Source: Candidatus Woesearchaeota archaeon (lineage in GTDB: Archaea; Nanobdellota; Nanobdellia; Woesearchaeales; JAWBMQ01). Taken from it: 64,000 bases of DNA. The stretch lies in contig JAWBMQ010000002.1 in assembly GCA_038828875.1 (NCBI GenBank), positions 25,314-89,313 on the forward strand. Direction: 5' to 3'. A program made the position numbers and the translations under genes. Every line of letters begins with the position of its first letter. Within the stretch, counting starts at the first letter, position 1. Positions 46,348 to 56,340 of the stretch are shown one piece after another. The notes beneath the pieces were generated by a model. The model saw only the letters and a program-made list of their open reading frames with translations, was not told the DNA's origin and searched no databases.

Positions 46348-47313
46348 ATGATTTACGATTATGATTTTTTTAAAAAGATAGCTTATTTTCCAGAGCCAAA
46401 AATTATAATTGATCGTGCTTTTAAGAGTGCTAAAAAAAGTCTTTCTAATTTAGAATTGCCTTCAAAGAAAGAATTAGTAAAGTTGAAAAAAATAAAGCAT
46501 AAGATCTTTGTCAATATTTTTGTTTTTATGATAGATCAAGAGCTTAATGAGATAATTTCTAAGTTACCAAATTTTAATGAACTTTCAGGTTTTTATCGCG
46601 ATCTAATTTCAGCTAAATTTGATTTTAACCAGATTAAATTAGAAATCAGAAAAATTAAATTTACTATTAAAAAGATAAAAGAATTTAAGAAAATCTATCT
46701 TGAAGATTATAAAAAGTATGAAGAATTTATTGGAAGAACTACTGATTTGGTTGAAAATTTATCAGATACTATTGAATATTTAAACTCATTCGTTGATTAT
46801 GTTCATAGTTTTCCTAATTTGAAATACTTGCCAACTATAGCTTTAGCAGGTTATCCTAATGTCGGAAAAAGTTCTTTTTTAAGATATTTTACAAAAGCAG
46901 ATGTAGAGGTTCAGGATTATGCTTTTACAACCAAACGTTTGCAAATAGGTTATGTTCAAGATTTACCTGCTTTACAGATTGTAGATGCTCCAGGAATGTT
47001 AGATCGTCCTTTCGAAGAAATGAATTTCATAGAAAAACAGGCGTATTTAGTTTTAAAATATGCTACTGCGGTGTTTTTTATCTTTGATCCTGGATTAGAT
47101 CATGAAAAGCAGCTTAATCTTTTGAGAAGAGTTAAAGAAATAAAAGATGTTTATATCATTGTAAATAAGATTGATCTTTATCCAGAATTCAAATGGAATT
47201 ACGATAATGCTCTAGGAATTTATTATATTTCACTTTCTACAGGAAAAAATTGTGAAGAAGTTTACAATTTAATGAAAAAGATCTTCTATGAAAATTATAA
47301 AACTTATAAGTGA
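46348..47313 (+). CDS. Nog1-like GTPase (archaeal NOG1/Obg-related family)
   Basis: G1 GYPNVGKSS, G2 FTT, G3 DAPG, G4 NKID. Confidence 0.7.
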   Translation: MIYDYDFFKKIAYFPEPKIIIDRAFKSAKKSLSNLELPSKKELVKLKKIKHKIFVNIFVFMIDQELNEIISKLPNFNELSGFYRDLISAKFDFNQIKLEIRKIKFTIKKIKEFKKIYLEDYKKYEEFIGRTTDLVENLSDTIEYLNSFVDYVHSFPNLKYLPTIALAGYPNVGKSSFLRYFTKADVEVQDYAFTTKRLQIGYVQDLPALQIVDAPGMLDRPFEEMNFIEKQAYLVLKYATAVFFIFDPGLDHEKQLNLLRRVKEIKDVYIIVNKIDLYPEFKWNYDNALGIYYISLSTGKNCEEVYNLMKKIFYENYKTYK

Positions 47314-47337
47314 TGAAAAAGATTTAAAAGTTTCTAA

Positions 47338-47607
47338 GTGCATTATGTTCCAATGTATCAGCGAAAGATGAATCCTAAAACTAAGATGATGATTTGTCTA
47401 TATGCTTTTCTCTTGCTAAATTTAGTGCTTTTTACTTTGATTTTAATTAAAGCTTCAGATAAGATAAAAACTATTCAAGTGAAGAATGAATTTTCAGAAG
47501 TTCAGAAATATGTTCCTACTGAAAATCCTTCCCAAGAACAATCTTCTGAAAAAGTAACTAATGATGGAATGAAATTGATCGCAAAAGTTGAGGTATCAAG
47601 AGAATGA
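47338..47607 (+). CDS. Small single-TM protein
   Basis: 89-aa ORF with the TM helix ICLYAFLLLNLVLFTLILI. Confidence 0.3.
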   Translation: MHYVPMYQRKMNPKTKMMICLYAFLLLNLVLFTLILIKASDKIKTIQVKNEFSEVQKYVPTENPSQEQSSEKVTNDGMKLIAKVEVSRE

Positions 47608-47648
47608 ATAATAATATTTAAAAATAATTATGTTTCTTATTCTTTAGG

Positions 47649-48233
47649 ATGAAAAAGAAAAAGAATAATAAAAAACGATTGATTTGGATAGTTGTTTCTT
47701 TATTGTTTATTTTTGTTGTAATCGGTTTGTTTTTTTTGTTTTCTTCAAAAAACAAAGAATCTGAATATGTTTTTAATGGTTTTACTTTTTACAGAAGTAT
47801 TGCAAATACATGGAAATTTAAATTTAATTACCAAGGTCAAGAGTACGATGTTGCTCTTAGAGTAGACCCTAAATCTTTGATAGCTAAAAATTATAAATTA
47901 GTAGAAAATTACGATATGTTTTTGCGTTTACAATCTGTAAATATCTTTTCAGATCCTGATTTAGATGCTAAATATACTTTTGGTATGTACGATCTTGGAA
48001 AGATTTTTGCATCTGTTTTTGGAATAAAAGTAAATTATGGAGTCAGTAGGAGTTATGCAGATTTAGCGGTTTATAACTGTTCAGAATATGGTTTCTATTT
48101 TACAAAGAATAATGAAAGTAATAAATTTTATTGGTTAGATAAATGTTTAGTTATCAATACAACTAATGCTGATGTTGCAATAGAATATGCTGATTTCTTA
48201 GTTTATCATTATTTGGGTGTTCTGAATGGTTGA
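47649..48233 (+). CDS. Membrane-anchored or secreted hypothetical protein
   Basis: Poly-Lys N-terminus followed by a hydrophobic helix. Confidence 0.45.
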   Translation: MKKKKNNKKRLIWIVVSLLFIFVVIGLFFLFSSKNKESEYVFNGFTFYRSIANTWKFKFNYQGQEYDVALRVDPKSLIAKNYKLVENYDMFLRLQSVNIFSDPDLDAKYTFGMYDLGKIFASVFGIKVNYGVSRSYADLAVYNCSEYGFYFTKNNESNKFYWLDKCLVINTTNADVAIEYADFLVYHYLGVLNG

Positions 48234-48819
48234 GCATTACTTTTCTAAACATCCTAAATCAGAAGAGAAAATTTTTGAGATTCAAGTTGATTTAGATATT
48301 TCTTTTAAAATTTATTCTGCAACAGGTTTGTTTAGTAAAGATGAGCTAGATTTAGGAACTGAAGTTCTGTTGAAGCATTTAAAGATTCAACCTTTTTGGA
48401 CTGTTTTAGATTACGGCTGTGGAAATGGTGTTCTTGGAATTTATCTTAAACTAAAATATCCAGGGATTACAGTATATGCAACTGATATTAATGAAAGAGC
48501 ACTAAAGATTACAAGAATGAACGTTAAAAAATTTGGATTTGAAAACTTTGAGGTTTTAAAAGTTAGAAAAATTTTAGAATTAGAAAACTTTTTTGATGCT
48601 ATTTATTTAAATCCTCCGATGGCAGCAGGTTTTAATGCAATTAAAGAGATGTTTATAAATGCTAAGAAAATGCTAAAACCAGGAGGTGTTTTTCAGATCG
48701 TTGTAAGGAGTAAAAAAGGAGCTAATTCTTTAGAAAAGATGCTTTACGAAATATTTGGAAACGTTAATGTTTCTGGCATAAAATCTGGTTTTAAAGTTTT
48801 AGAATCAACTAAGCTTTAA
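48226..48819 (+). CDS. Class I SAM-dependent methyltransferase (RsmC/RsmD-like small-domain MTase with an NPPM motif)
   Basis: Motif I LDYGCGNGVLG; motif IV YLNPPMAAG. Confidence 0.7.
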   Translation: MVEHYFSKHPKSEEKIFEIQVDLDISFKIYSATGLFSKDELDLGTEVLLKHLKIQPFWTVLDYGCGNGVLGIYLKLKYPGITVYATDINERALKITRMNVKKFGFENFEVLKVRKILELENFFDAIYLNPPMAAGFNAIKEMFINAKKMLKPGGVFQIVVRSKKGANSLEKMLYEIFGNVNVSGIKSGFKVLESTKL

Positions 48820-49264
48820 GTTTTTTGCTTAAATCATCAACAACCTTATCTAAATCTTTAACTTTTCTAATATCATAAGGCTTTAGCCAGATATCTATAA
48901 ATCTAAACATGAAAAATCTTTTAGCATAATAATTCCTATCTAAAGCTTCTTCAATTTTTCCTTGATATGATCCAAGTTTATCATCTATCTTTGCATCAAC
49001 ATCTACAGTAATTTTAGAATTTTTTCCGTCTGAATTTATTTTTATGCTTAATTTAAATTCATGGGTTATTTGTTCATGTATTTTTTTGCTGTATGTTCTT
49101 TTTTCTCCATATTCGATTTTATCTCCTTTTAAAGAGCCTTCTATGCTAGGAACTTCATCTAACTTCAATTGATTCTCTTGTTGCCATTGATCTAGTCTTT
49201 TAAAAAATTCTTTAACAGGCAAATTGCATTCAATTTTTTTATGGATTATTTTGTAAGTTGGCAT
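48809..49264 (-). CDS. Hypothetical protein
   Basis: 151-aa ORF. Confidence 0.45.
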   Translation of the reverse strand: MPTYKIIHKKIECNLPVKEFFKRLDQWQQENQLKLDEVPSIEGSLKGDKIEYGEKRTYSKKIHEQITHEFKLSIKINSDGKNSKITVDVDAKIDDKLGSYQGKIEEALDRNYYAKRFFMFRFIDIWLKPYDIRKVKDLDKVVDDLSKKLKA

Positions 49265-49266
49265 TT

Positions 49267-49734
49267 TCAGTTGTAAATATTAAGTAAATCTTTTATTCTT
49301 TTCTTAAAATCACCCATCAAATTACCTTCTTCTTTTTCCATATATTTTTCTTCTCCTTTACTGTATTCTTTGAACTTATTTTTCATGAATTCTGCTAAAT
49401 TACCTTCTGCGTTCTTGAAGGGTTTATCGTAATTGAAGGAAAATTCAAAACTGATAGAAAGTTCTAAATAACCAGTAAAACCTTCTACTTCTTTGGAATC
49501 TTTTTTCATAGTAGCTTTTTTAAGATCTGAAGCTTGAACTGATACTTCTCCTTCCATCTTTATATAGCTAGAATAATCTCTTGAGAATTTAATTTTTAAT
49601 TCGTAAGAATCAGGCTTAACTTTAATTTTTTGTTCATCTAAATCAATCTCATTATCATCTAGCCAAGAAGTTATAGTTTTTTTAATTTCATTAGGTTGAA
49701 AGAATCCTTTATAGTTAAGAGCAAACCTTGCCAT
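49267..49734 (-). CDS. Hypothetical protein
   Basis: 155-aa ORF, similar in size and composition to the neighbouring gene. Confidence 0.45.
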   Translation of the reverse strand: MARFALNYKGFFQPNEIKKTITSWLDDNEIDLDEQKIKVKPDSYELKIKFSRDYSSYIKMEGEVSVQASDLKKATMKKDSKEVEGFTGYLELSISFEFSFNYDKPFKNAEGNLAEFMKNKFKEYSKGEEKYMEKEEGNLMGDFKKRIKDLLNIYN

Positions 49735-49753
49735 GATTTTGCTTATATATTAT

Positions 49754-50665
49754 TCAATATATAAATGTTTTCAACAAGCTTATTGCTTCATCAGGATCGT
49801 TTATTATCTTTACATCTTTAGCAATCAAATCTTTAGTGTTGAATTTATCGTTTATACTAACTTTGCCTCTTACAAAAAGAATTTTTCCTAATAAGTTGTT
49901 TAGATTCTCTAAACTTCCTATTATTTCAAAAACTTCTTTGAAAAGAACTACTCTTATGCTATCAGTGGCATCATCAAGAATTAAAGTTACAACATAATTG
50001 TTTTCAGGAAGTTCATTAGAATGTTCTTGGCAAAAGTTTTCTACTCTTCTTTTACAAATTTTGCAAGTCTTGAAAGTTTTAGGTTCAAAAATCTTCACAA
50101 TAATTCCTAATGTTTCTACATCTTCTGGTTTTTGAATTTCTATTATTCTTTTTCTTATTCTTGGTTTTTCTTCATTCTTGATCTTTTCTACTTCGTTAAT
50201 TTCACTTTTAGAAGTTAAATGTACTTCATAGCTATTGTTATTTTTCTTTATCCTAACATTTTTGATTTCATAGATCGTTTGTTCTTCAAGCTGGAATTGA
50301 TCAATAAGATCGTTCCAAAGTACTATTCTTGTAGTTCCTGTTTCATCAGAAGCAAAATATGTTCTTACTCTTCCACTTTGACCGTCTTTTCTTACGAATT
50401 CAGAAATTCCGTTATCTCTGATCACTTTAAGCTTCACATTTGCTGATTCAGTTTCAAAGAATTCATTTACTTTAAGAACAATGTTATTAAAATCAGAGAA
50501 ATTTATCTTAAGTTCATTAGCTACTAGTAATGCTGCTCCTTCTCTTGAAAGAATGTTTGAAAATTGTCTTAATTTCTCTTGAATTTTTTCTTCTATCTCT
50601 TGCTTAGTTAAAGAAGTTTGTGCTTCTATGAAGTCAATTATTTTGTTGTAAGGAATCTTTAGCAT
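49754..50665 (-). CDS. RPA-like single-stranded-DNA-binding protein (OB folds plus a Zn ribbon)
   Basis: The N-terminus ...TKQEIEEKIQEKL....ILSREGAALLVANELKI is typical of archaeal RPA. Contains a CKICKRRVENFCQEH Zn motif. Confidence 0.5.
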   Translation of the reverse strand: MLKIPYNKIIDFIEAQTSLTKQEIEEKIQEKLRQFSNILSREGAALLVANELKINFSDFNNIVLKVNEFFETESANVKLKVIRDNGISEFVRKDGQSGRVRTYFASDETGTTRIVLWNDLIDQFQLEEQTIYEIKNVRIKKNNNSYEVHLTSKSEINEVEKIKNEEKPRIRKRIIEIQKPEDVETLGIIVKIFEPKTFKTCKICKRRVENFCQEHSNELPENNYVVTLILDDATDSIRVVLFKEVFEIIGSLENLNNLLGKILFVRGKVSINDKFNTKDLIAKDVKIINDPDEAISLLKTFIY

Positions 50666-50702
50666 TTGGTAGATTTGTGAGAATTAGATTTTAAAAATGT
50701 TT

Positions 50703-51377
50703 TTAAAAAAATTTCAAAAATTCAGGAGCATAATCTTTCCAATTAACAATTTCTTTCTGTATTATTTTTTGTTCATTGTTTTTGAAAATGTGTGTTTCAA
50801 GAATTAAGGTTAAAGATTCTTCAGGATTAATGTAGTAGGAATATGGCAACGTAGAGATGTGTTTTAAGTAAGATTTTACATAAACTCCAGGTTTCATTAA
50901 AAAATAAATTGGTCCTGTTCCTGTTGTGTTTATTGAGGTTTGACTCATAATTATTATTGGTGCTCCTGTTATAAGATGAATGCTTAATCCTGCTTCTCTT
51001 TTTGTTCCTGTTTTTTCTCCAAAATAAGCTTTTGCTAAATCCTTTATACTGTTAAAAGAAGGAAAAAGATCATGTACTAATGAATACTTTGGCTTTAACG
51101 TTATGTTGTTGCTTATTTGATTGTTCTTTAAGTCAATAATTATTGCTTTGTCTTCGTAAATTCTGTTTATAAGTTCATCTTTTAGATTTTCAATCTCTTT
51201 AAAATGAGGTTCTTCTGCTAAAAACTCTTCAGGAATTTTTTCTAGAATTAAAAATAATCCTGAAGTGTTATGATTTTCTTGATTAATTATTGTAGAATAA
51301 CCCTTATAATCATAGTAAATTCTTATAAAATTACATAGCGTAAAAACATCTTCGTTTTTTAGTGTAGTTTTTAGCAT
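50703..51377 (-). CDS. Hypothetical protein
   Basis: 224-aa ORF. Confidence 0.45.
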   Translation of the reverse strand: MLKTTLKNEDVFTLCNFIRIYYDYKGYSTIINQENHNTSGLFLILEKIPEEFLAEEPHFKEIENLKDELINRIYEDKAIIIDLKNNQISNNITLKPKYSLVHDLFPSFNSIKDLAKAYFGEKTGTKREAGLSIHLITGAPIIIMSQTSINTTGTGPIYFLMKPGVYVKSYLKHISTLPYSYYINPEESLTLILETHIFKNNEQKIIQKEIVNWKDYAPEFLKFF

Positions 51378-51601
51378 ATTGGTATAATTATGTGTATAAT
51401 AGTATTTAAATGTTTTGTTTTATCATTTTTCTGAATTTTATGAAAAATTAGAAATCATTTAAAAATGGTTTTTTCTTTATTTATAAATAGGGGTTGTTGT
51501 TTTGTTAATTACTCTTTAGTTATGAAAGTCTAAAAGTTCAAAATTTTGCAGTTTTAGGCTTTATCTTTGAATATGGTGTTTTTGATGTAGATTTTTGATA
51601 C

Positions 51602-51617
51602 AAAACATTTATAAATA
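51602..51617 (+). promoter_or_regulatory. Putative BRE/TATA (aaaacatttataaata) upstream of the S-layer gene; SD GGTGAG at 51661-51666
   Basis: TTTATAAATA lies ~55 nt upstream of the ATG. GGTGAG lies 5 nt upstream of the ATG. Confidence 0.25.
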
Positions 51618-51671
51618 GTTTAATGCTATTATCATATTAGCATTTTATGCTATAAATTCAGGTGAGAAAAA

Positions 51672-54056
51672 ATGAAAAACGGAAAAAAAATTAAAAAGTT
51701 AGTTGCATTGGGTACTGGTGCCCTAATGGTAGGTGCCAGTTTGTTCGGTGCAATGGCAGCTGGTTTGAGTGATTTGCCATCGCCATTTGTAAAGGCAGAT
51801 GGTAGTTTCGATGGGTTCATCGTAGTAGGTGCAGACGCAAAGACTGGAGATGTTTTAGGAGCAATCGACATTGCAACAGCATTCCAAGCAAGAGCAGTTA
51901 AGAAAGAAGTTGTAAGTGTTGAAGGAACAAGCAAAACTGAAGTTAGTGTAGATGATGGAGTTCTTCTTTGGAGTACTACTAAGCATCTAACATTAGATAA
52001 AAATTTAGATGGAAGAAGATCAACATTAAGAGAAGCACAATGGGATGTATTGAAAGAAAGAGAAATGAGATCCGATACAGGAAGTAAGAAAGTTAAGTAT
52101 ACTCAAAGTATAGCATTACCATCAGGTGTTGCAGTCGCATATGGAAGACCAGAATATTCTGATTTATTACCAATATTGCATTATGATATTACCAATAAAG
52201 AATTTACATATACCGTAAGTTTTGAAAGTGGATCTTGGAATTTTTCAGAATTTAAAAATGCAGAATTAGTATTATTTGGAAAAACATTTTATGTTACAGA
52301 TGCAACATACAACAGTTCAAGTAGTTTAACAAAACTAGTTTTATCAGGAGCAGCAGATGAAGTTACTATGAAAGTAGGAGATAAACAAACAGTAGGAGGT
52401 AAAAGTGTAGAACTAATCGGTGCAAATGAAAATACAAAAGATGTTTCTTTGAGAATAAATGGAAGATTGTATTCTGCTAAAGAAGGAGATAATATAGAAT
52501 TAACTGATGGAGATACAGTTTATGTTAGAAAGGTTATTTTGTATACAATTCCTGAGAAAAGTGTTTATGTAGAATTGTCAGTAGGTTCTAAGAAAATGGA
52601 ATTTGAAACAGGAAAAGTAACGATCAATGGAAAATCATATGGCGCTTCTAATGGAATTGATGTAACTTTACAGGATGACAAATTAACTGTGAAAATAAAA
52701 CCCTCTGCATTTTCAACAGATTTTGGAGGAGTTTTCAAGTATTGGAGAGAAGGTAGTGAATGGACAGATCCAATATTTGGTTTAAAATGGAGATTTGAAG
52801 GAACAACTCCTAATTATAAAGTTACAGAAAATAAAGTTCCAATAAGATTAGTGAGAGATGGAGATAGTTATGTAATCTTTAGAGGAGTAAGAGCAGATGA
52901 TAAAGAAGTAGAAATAAAATTATTTGAAAGTGATAACGCATCTCAAGTAAAAGTGTATAATGAATCAAATTATAAATTAGTTTTACAAGGAAATTTAACA
53001 AACGTAGAGGTAGGAACGGTATTTATTTACAATGATGCAGATTATGGAGACTATCCATTAACTAGAGTGTTCATGTTAGATAATATTTATGATGCAACAG
53101 GAACGGATAAAGACAGAATAAGACTTATTGATTTAACTACTAACGAATATATTGAAAAAGAAGATACAAATGGAAATTGCATAGAATTGATAAGCGATAA
53201 AGTATGGGGTAAAGTAAATTCAAGTACATTAGTTGATTTTTATAGTAACTCAGTTTGTAATGCATCATATAATTTAGCAGCATCTTCAGACTTTTATGCA
53301 AAAGGAGGATTTAAAATTACTTTTGAAATAGCCAGTAATAATGGAAAAATAACTTTAAATGAAAATACTGCAACAGATATTAAAGATGAAGTAACTAGCT
53401 TGATTCAAGGTCAAGTTATAAGCGTAACTGCTGATAGTACTAAGAAAATTTCTATGGATTTAGTTTCCACAGGAGGAATTATAGCTCTAGTTAAAGAAAG
53501 AGATGGAGATTGGAAATATGGAGTTAGTAATTTAGGAACTTTCTTCAAAGCAGATGATAAAGATAAGGATGAGGTATACATTTATTTACCACAAGAAGAA
53601 GCAAAGGTTGTTGTTGCAGTAGGAACTGAAGATATGAAAATTAACTATGGTGCAGCTGCTACATCAGGCTCTGTTGAAACACAAACAGTTAAACCAATTA
53701 AGTTAGGTGCTGCAGTATTGGATACTGAAGTACTTGGACAAGTTGGTAGAGCAAACATGATCAGTGTTGGTGGTCCAGCAGTTAACAGAGTAAGTGCAGA
53801 ATTGATGGGATTAACTTACCCAACCTATGGTACAGCATCAGGAATTCCAAAGGATTCAGGATTAATCAAGATGTTTAAAACTGGAAGCAAAGTAGGAATT
53901 GTTGTTGCTGGTTGGGAAGAAGAGCAAAGCAGAATGGCAGCAAGAGTTTTAGCAGAATACTTAGTAAGTGGTAAATATGCAAGTGATTTAAAAGATAAAG
54001 AAGAAGTTGTTGTTACTGGTTCAAGAGATAACATCAAAGTAACAACACCACAATAA
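51672..54056 (+). CDS. S-layer / major surface (glyco)protein
   Basis: The signal peptide MKNGKKIKKLVALGTGALMVGASLFGAMAAG resembles Methanococcales/Thermococcales S-layer protein signals. The 794-aa product is beta-rich and Thr/Val/Gly-rich. Confidence 0.65.
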   Translation: MKNGKKIKKLVALGTGALMVGASLFGAMAAGLSDLPSPFVKADGSFDGFIVVGADAKTGDVLGAIDIATAFQARAVKKEVVSVEGTSKTEVSVDDGVLLWSTTKHLTLDKNLDGRRSTLREAQWDVLKEREMRSDTGSKKVKYTQSIALPSGVAVAYGRPEYSDLLPILHYDITNKEFTYTVSFESGSWNFSEFKNAELVLFGKTFYVTDATYNSSSSLTKLVLSGAADEVTMKVGDKQTVGGKSVELIGANENTKDVSLRINGRLYSAKEGDNIELTDGDTVYVRKVILYTIPEKSVYVELSVGSKKMEFETGKVTINGKSYGASNGIDVTLQDDKLTVKIKPSAFSTDFGGVFKYWREGSEWTDPIFGLKWRFEGTTPNYKVTENKVPIRLVRDGDSYVIFRGVRADDKEVEIKLFESDNASQVKVYNESNYKLVLQGNLTNVEVGTVFIYNDADYGDYPLTRVFMLDNIYDATGTDKDRIRLIDLTTNEYIEKEDTNGNCIELISDKVWGKVNSSTLVDFYSNSVCNASYNLAASSDFYAKGGFKITFEIASNNGKITLNENTATDIKDEVTSLIQGQVISVTADSTKKISMDLVSTGGIIALVKERDGDWKYGVSNLGTFFKADDKDKDEVYIYLPQEEAKVVVAVGTEDMKINYGAAATSGSVETQTVKPIKLGAAVLDTEVLGQVGRANMISVGGPAVNRVSAELMGLTYPTYGTASGIPKDSGLIKMFKTGSKVGIVVAGWEEEQSRMAARVLAEYLVSGKYASDLKDKEEVVVTGSRDNIKVTTPQ

Positions 54057-54064
54057 AAACCAAC

Positions 54065-54093
54065 TTTTTAACCTTTTTTTTCTTTTCTTTTTC
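54065..54093 (+). terminator. Oligo-T tract (archaeal-type intrinsic terminator candidate) after the S-layer gene
   Basis: ttttttaaccttttttttcttttcttttt lies immediately 3' of the stop. Confidence 0.3.
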
Positions 54094-54140
54094 TAAAAAA
54101 ATTCATAATAGTTATAAATTGATAAAAGATTCTTGAATTT

Positions 54141-54974
54141 ATGGATTTATATGATTATTTAGATTTTGATAATAAGGAATTGCACAAGATGAATTATTCT
54201 AAGGAAGATTTACAAAAGATTTTAAATTTTCTTATAGATTTAGGAAGTTTATATGTTTTAGAAAACACAGAAGAAAAATTAAAAACATTAACTCCTTTTC
54301 CAGAAGAAGAAATAAAAAAAATATGGTTTTATAGAGCGATTCTTTACAGATTTAAGTCAAATGCATTCCATCTTTAAGAAAAGAGGAAGTTGAAAAGTTA
54401 CTAAAGAATTATGCAGATTTAGATTATTACTTAAAAAAGGAATATCCTATTAGAACTACACAAGGAGTTAGAAGAACTTTATACTAATTATTATAAAGAA
54501 TTAAAAAAACCAATAAATCCTGAACTTTACAAAGCTATAGAGAAAGAAATCAAGTCAATAGAAAAACTTATTATTACAGAAAAAGAAGAAGTAAGGCAAT
54601 TAGCAGAGAGTTATCTAGAAGAGTTTTTAAGATCATTTTACAGTTTAAATCTAAAGCCAGAAGATTTAGAAAAGATTACTAGTTTAAGTTATCTTAAAGA
54701 AGAGCTTAAGAATTATAGAATTCAAAGATTAAATACTAATTTTTTAGGATATATTAAGCTAGAAGCAATTCAAGAGATTACTGAAGAAGAGATTTTTATA
54801 ATTTCTAATTTAGATCCATTTAAATATCATGATTTTCAAGAAAATATCTGTAAAATTTTAGAAAAAGAGCCAATTCAACTTAAAGCTAAACTGCAATTTT
54901 ATTATAATGCAAAAGAAAATTATAAAAAACTTAAACATCAAAAGTCCACCAACGATTCCATTTCTTATATTTAA
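54141..54974 (+). pseudogene. Gene of ~277 codons disrupted by two compensating frameshifts (frame 0, then frame 2, then frame 0)
   Basis: Frame 0 is open over 54141-54377. Frame 2 is open over 54356-54487 (…IPSLRKEEVEKLLKNYADLDYYLKKEYPIRTTQGVRRTLY). Frame 0 is open again, without any ATG, over 54435-54974, i.e. 180 stop-free codons in ~25-30% GC DNA. Confidence 0.45.
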
Positions 54975-56340
54975 TGTAAATATCAGTCAAATCACTAACT
55001 ATCTTTTTCTTATCAACTTCTTTTTTAGATTCAGATTTTTTCTCTTCGCTAGGTTCAGGTAAAAATAAAGTAAACAATTCAATAAGTCCTTCAGCCAATG
55101 CTTTCAATGGTTCAAAGAGATCTCCAAAAGAATCATTTTTAGCAGAAGATTCCTTTTTCTCTTCTTTCTTAGTTTCTTCCTTTTTAACTCCTTCAGCTTC
55201 TTTTAAATATTTTTCAAAATCATCGCCTAAGTTTTTCAAAGTTTCTCTAATGCTATTGTCAATATCAGCAATCAAACTTAAACCTTCTTCTTCACGCATT
55301 TTTTTATAATTTTCAATCTCTTCTTTGCTCCAAACATAGCCACGTAAAGTAATTTCTAAAGTGCCGAGATGAATAGGATATCTTTGATATTCTTGACCTG
55401 TCATCATCAAAGGAGCAGTTCTAAAAAACATATTTACAAGAACACAATCGTACTTTGAGCTATCTCCTGAATTCTTTCTTTTAGCTAGAAATTCAATTTC
55501 AGTTACATTAGCATCAAAGCTATTAACAATGTAAACAGAGTTCATGTACTTTTCATGCAAATTTAAATAACGCACATTAGTTAAGTAAGGTTTTAACCAA
55601 TGAGAATACATTTTTAAAGAATTATAGTTTTGAACCATCATTTTTAAAAGAACATTTCTTCTTACACTTAATTCATGTTCAATTTCTTTTGCCCATCTTA
55701 GAAAGCTCATCAATTTCCTTTTTAAAACGCTTTTCAGAGGTAAAGAAACATCATAAGCATCAACAATAGTATCAATTTCCTTTTCATCTTGAACAAAGGT
55801 TCTAAAGAAAAGATCAGGCAAAGCACTGTATCCTGCTTGTTGAGCTAAAACAAATAAACCCATTTCTGTTTTAGAAGCATTATCGACATTATCAGCCCAG
55901 ATTCCTTTTAAAGCTACATCTGCAGCTTGACTTTTTTCTTTCCAAGCTTTAAAGTAGCCTAATCTTTCATCAATTTTCCTTAATTCTTGAACTTGTTTCA
56001 ATATGTCAATGCTTAACTTACCAATAGCTGCAAGAATTCCGCTGATTCTATCTTGTTGACTAGCTAATCTTTGCATAGCATTTCCAAAAAATCCAGACAT
56101 AGTTGATGAAGAGTAAACATCAGTAATTTTTTCAAACTCTTCAAACCTTTTAATTCTTTCAAGAAAATTCACAAAAAAATAGTAATGATTTTCTAAAGTA
56201 GCTTTAGGAGAAGAATAAATAATTTTAAAGTACTTTAAAGGCTTCGGATATCCTGTAACAATACCATTTACAGGATCTTTTTCGACTTCTTTAAAATTAT
56301 ATTTTTTCAAAAGATCTTCATTGTTCTTTGGAACTATCAT
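54931..56340 (-). CDS. Hypothetical 469-aa protein
   Basis: ORF with a K/E-rich C-terminal tail. Confidence 0.5.
   Translation of the reverse strand: MIVPKNNEDLLKKYNFKEVEKDPVNGIVTGYPKPLKYFKIIYSSPKATLENHYYFFVNFLERIKRFEEFEKITDVYSSSTMSGFFGNAMQRLASQQDRISGILAAIGKLSIDILKQVQELRKIDERLGYFKAWKEKSQAADVALKGIWADNVDNASKTEMGLFVLAQQAGYSALPDLFFRTFVQDEKEIDTIVDAYDVSLPLKSVLKRKLMSFLRWAKEIEHELSVRRNVLLKMMVQNYNSLKMYSHWLKPYLTNVRYLNLHEKYMNSVYIVNSFDANVTEIEFLAKRKNSGDSSKYDCVLVNMFFRTAPLMMTGQEYQRYPIHLGTLEITLRGYVWSKEEIENYKKMREEEGLSLIADIDNSIRETLKNLGDDFEKYLKEAEGVKKEETKKEEKKESSAKNDSFGDLFEPLKALAEGLIELFTLFLPEPSEEKKSESKKEVDKKKIVSDLTDIYIKYKKWNRWWTFDV

Noticed and set aside
51650-51934. 94-aa minus-strand ORF (Ala/Pro-rich) overlapping the S-layer gene start.
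   Set aside because: It is the antisense shadow of the S-layer signal-peptide region, whose GC-richer codons give an open antisense frame. The + strand gene has the SD and the signal peptide.
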